64,000 nucleotides of DNA from the human T2T-CHM13v2.0 reference genome, Homo sapiens. The translations under genes and the position numbers were made by a program. Position 1 is the first letter of the stretch, and each line of letters begins with the position of its first letter. Shown here piece after piece: positions 60,091 through 64,000 of the stretch. The stretch lies in assembly GCF_009914755.1 (NCBI RefSeq), contig NC_060947.1, one strand, 5' to 3'. A model generated the notes under the pieces. The model made no database searches. It was not told where the DNA came from and was given only the letters and a program-made list of their open reading frames with translations.

Positions 60091-61703
60091 ATAACCTCCA
60101 AACGTTATACAATACAAACACAAAGACTGGGTATCAGAGCGGAGCGGGCCTGAAAAAAATGAAGGTGTTTTGTAGGTGATAGGCAGTTGAAGAAGAGAAA
60201 GGTAAATTAAAAAGAAAGGGAGAATCACAAATGGGTAGAGGGAGTCAATCTCAAGTCATAATTTTGCCTAGTGTCCCCAGCCGTGGTGTATCCACTTTGG
60301 GAGATGGAGTGGGTCAGCCAGACAGCTCAGCTAAAGGAGGGGGTGATGGGGGGAAGATTTTCCTGCTTGAAAGCTTCCAGGAGACTCTGTGGGACCACAC
60401 CTTCAACAAGACTAGTGGCCTCCCTACTTCTACCCTTGGCCCAACCCCCAGTGAGGTCCCAGGCCAGGAAATTCTTGTAGCAGATTCAACAGATCACTCT
60501 GCAGCTAAACAGACAGACACAACACTCTGTCCCAACCAAGAAGGTGCCGAGTGAGAGGAAACAGTCATCTGCTGCTCCAGCTGGCGAGAAGAGAGTGGAA
60601 GAGGGCGCTGAAAGCTCACATCCTAGTCTAATCCCAGCTCTCCCCCTCCTCATCCGGACCCCATCTGCAGGCTGTTTTTCATCCCACTTCCGTCAGTGTT
60701 TCAGCTGCTGTCAGTCAGTAGCTGACCCTGCCTGAATATGCCGTCTTGTCAGACAGATGGCTAGGAAGGATGGCTTGAGGAGAGAGTGTGCAAGAAAGGG
60801 CCATGTCTCTGTGAAGCAAAGAGTGCTTGCAAATGGCATAGATTTGGGGGTTTTTTGGGGGGCAGGGGGAGGGCCCATGTATTCTTAGCTAAGTTGTACT
60901 ATTTGTTTGCTGTGTGATGGAACTGCTATCACTTTGCATCTCTAGGCTTCAGTTTCTAAAGAACTTTCTGTGTGGATATGTGTATGTGTGTGTCAGAGGT
61001 AATCATTTCACCTGCTTCTCTTTCACAGGGATATATTATAAAGAACAAAAATGATTATGTTTTTCAAAAAGATTCAGGGAGTAAAGAAGCAACATACAAC
61101 AAAGTCAACTGATTATGATTATCTCCCTGCTTACCAAATGCATTCTACCTGAAGGCAAAAAGAGATGTATAATTTTGTCTGCTTTGATGGTCCAGTGTCC
61201 AGAGTTACTACATCCCATAGAAGTTAGAAAAGTCCCTTCAGCTTGTGATGTGCTGCCTTATAGGTAGCAACTCTAGTCTTGCAGTGTCAGTCAACTGCTT
61301 GTGAGTAAGCACACCCCAAAGACTGGAGTTCCATGTACGGACCCACACCACAGCATGGCCCAGCCAGGGTCATGAAGTTCATGTCAAAGATGTATCCCCT
61401 GAGGATGTGCCACTTGGCTAAAGAATGCTCTACCTCTGATTGGCCAATTCTGCCCTGACTCATGCTAGCCCCAACTGCCCCCACAGACTACTCTTTGCTT
61501 ACTCATATCCAGCCCCCAGGGCCCATCAAACACACTCTGATTTTCTGCAGCAACTCTCATGGTCTGCCTGTTTGCATCCTACCATCTAGCACCTAATATA
61601 AAGTGTGCCGCTTTTTAAGTGATCAATAAGTGCAAAGGAGACAGGGTCTATGCCTTCTACTTCTCTATCTCCTGCTGGCTCTAGCATTAGAACACAGCAT
61701 GCT

Positions 61704-62035
61704 GGCTGGGCGCAGTGGCTCATGACTGTAATCCCAGCACTTTGGGAGGCTGAGGTGGGTGGATCACCTGAGGTCAGGAGTTCGAGACCAGCCTGGCCAA
61801 CATGGTGAAACCCTGTCTCTACTAAAAATATAAAAATTAGCCTGGTGTAGTGGCAGGTGCCTGTAATCCCAGCTAGTCAGGAGGCTAAGGCAGGATCATT
61901 GGTTGAGCCCAGGAGGCGGAGGTTGCATTGAGCCGAGATTGCACTGCTGCAGTGCACAGCCTGTGCTGTAGATCGCACAGCCTGGGCAACAAGAGCAAAA
62001 CTCTGTCTCAAAAAAAAAAAAAAAAAAAAAAAAAA
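61704..62035 (+). mobile_element. Alu (AluS-like) with ~20-bp internal insertion
   Basis: Full dimer, long poly(A), TSD-like gaaca(c/g)agcatg. Confidence 0.94.
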
Positions 62036-64000
62036 GGAACAGAGCATGGCAAGAAGGAACAAATATTCAAATAGTGATACATGCTAATTTTAAGAGTCTG
62101 GTATTAATTTCATTAACATATAAATATGCATATCTAGAGGCAAGGTGATTCTTCATTTAAGGGCAGATAGCTGGAGAGAAATAAGTATGATTTTCAAAAG
62201 TGATTCAGAAGTGAGTTACAGAATCGATTTCTTCTGGGAAAAGGGTCTGTGGGTTCAATCAGATTCTCAGGATTTCATGACCCAAAAGAAGTACCCTCTC
62301 TATTGCCATACAAAGCAGGGGGGCTGAGGATTTCACTTCAGCAGTATGAGATCTCTGCAAACAACTCTGTCCAGATTCTGTGGCTCTAAGGTTATGCACA
62401 CTTGTTTTCAGCTTTCTGTGTGCTGAGAGTACTTACTTGTGGAAGTTTCTCATAATCCAGTCTTCAGAGGCAACCTCTATGTTCTTTCCTGTCAAAATTT
62501 CTTCTTCCACTTTACTGAACAGCTTTATCATCAGCTCCATTATTCAGCTCATGGACCATTCCAATCTCATTACATAAGCCTCCTAGGGTTCTATCTCCAA
62601 GAGGAAACTGGAAATGGCCTTCTCTTTTGACAGGTGGAAATGAGGCCCAGAGATGCCAAGGGGACACTGCTATTTAGTGCCAAAGCAAAGATTCAAATTT
62701 AGGTCTCTTCATTTTACCTAGAGCAGCAAAACGTGAGGGCTAGAGAAGCCCACTAAAATCCAGTCTAATAATTGCGGAAGATAAAACACAAATCCCTCTG
62801 TTTTCAGAGGCTAATTCCTCAACCTCAAATCTTCATGTGAACTTGGATTATGTAGCCCAACAAAAAGAATCCCTTCCATGGTGAATCTGATAGATTTGTA
62901 TTATTCCTTTGCTACTGTACTATGGGTTTTAAAAACCTCTAATTACCAGGAGGTGTAATGTTAAATCAATGATTCTTCACGATGCCTCATTGTTAATAAC
63001 AGGTTATGTGGTAATGTTGTCACTCACTGCCTTCCTCTTCTCCCTGAATAAATTAAGAATGAGTTCTACTATTACTTGGTTAGTTCTAATCCTTTGAGAA
63101 CTAGATTTTTTTTTGAAGGTCAATGACCCTTTGAAATGGACAAATTAGTCATTACCCTCAAGCAGCATTTACAGAAACAATGTGAGGCATCTGGATGAGA
63201 CAGTGGGGAGTTCAGTCAAGCATTCCTTTGTATTGCCTACACCAGCATTTCCCAAGTCTGCTCTGCAGAGCACTACTAGTCCACAAGATGCTCTGTGAAA
63301 ACAAAATTCTGTGCTTAAATAAAGTTGGGAAAAGATCCACATTCAACATTCAGTGTCCCTTTCAATATGTTAAAAGGATCTCACAAGTCCCATAGTAAAG
63401 AAACCTGTTTAATGATAACTCAGCATTTTCTCTGACTTTACTTATCCACCAGACTCTTTTTTTCACCTAGGTAACAACTATGAATGCCCCAGAAACACTC
63501 CTTGGAAAGCACTGCCCTGCACCACATCAAAACCTAGATATTTTGAGGATCTGGATATTCGCCATCTCATGGACACTATTATCTGCTGAATCCAGAACCG
63601 CACTCCCAACTTCAGTCACACTCAACCTTCAGCTAAGACCTAACACGTTACTCCTAGATGGCTGATAGCATCTCCAGTATCTTTTCTTTCATTAGCAAGC
63701 CCTATAAATCAAGAGAAAATGCTCCCCTGTGAAATACTGTATAGTGCTAATAACCAGAACCACTTGCAACAACAGCCCAATGACATCAGGCACCTGGAGA
63801 CACAAAGAAGTCAAGTCCAGGGGGTGGTATTTTTCCTGTATATGATGAGAAGCCAGGGAAGTTATTTAAGTAGTGAAATGATTTGATGAGATTTACATTT
63901 TTGAAAAACTATTCTGAGATGACTGGAAAAGAGATAATGAGCTCGGGGACAGGATATGTCAGGAGGTGACTGAAAGAGCCCATTGCTATCACATTAGGCA

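Overview
This is primate, most likely human, genomic DNA, and it is not prokaryotic. The window holds the 3' part of CHRDL1 (chordin-like 1, a secreted BMP antagonist; X-linked by established knowledge) on the minus strand. I traced eight coding exons with GT-AG boundaries and consistent phases: 49463-49608, 47913-48006, 28589-28656, 22102-22270, 16492-16701, 9380-9547, 7234-7323 and 4129-4259. They encode vWC2, a linker, vWC3 and the C-terminus ending ...ERSEKGHC*. A ~2.4 kb 3' UTR follows, with AATAAA at 1777-1782. The upstream exons lie beyond the right edge. The rest is intronic or intergenic sequence rich in Alu, L1, L2, MIR, LTR and DNA-transposon relics and microsatellites; most ORF-track entries are repeat-derived or chance ORFs. 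I found no support for a new biological system. The best second-look signals are: (1) a patchwork of short templated copies at 33.2-33.6 kb, including a perfect 53-bp inverted repeat built from an L1 snippet that resembles a tailless L1 2.2 kb away; (2) two 5'-inverted (twin-primed) L1 insertions with TSDs; (3) tandem splice sites and an intron read-through ORF at the vWC3 exon; (4) inverted Alu pairs around that exon; and (5) a ~710-bp TATATC-type array. Exon numbers and repeat subfamily names come from memory and need BLAST or RepeatMasker confirmation.
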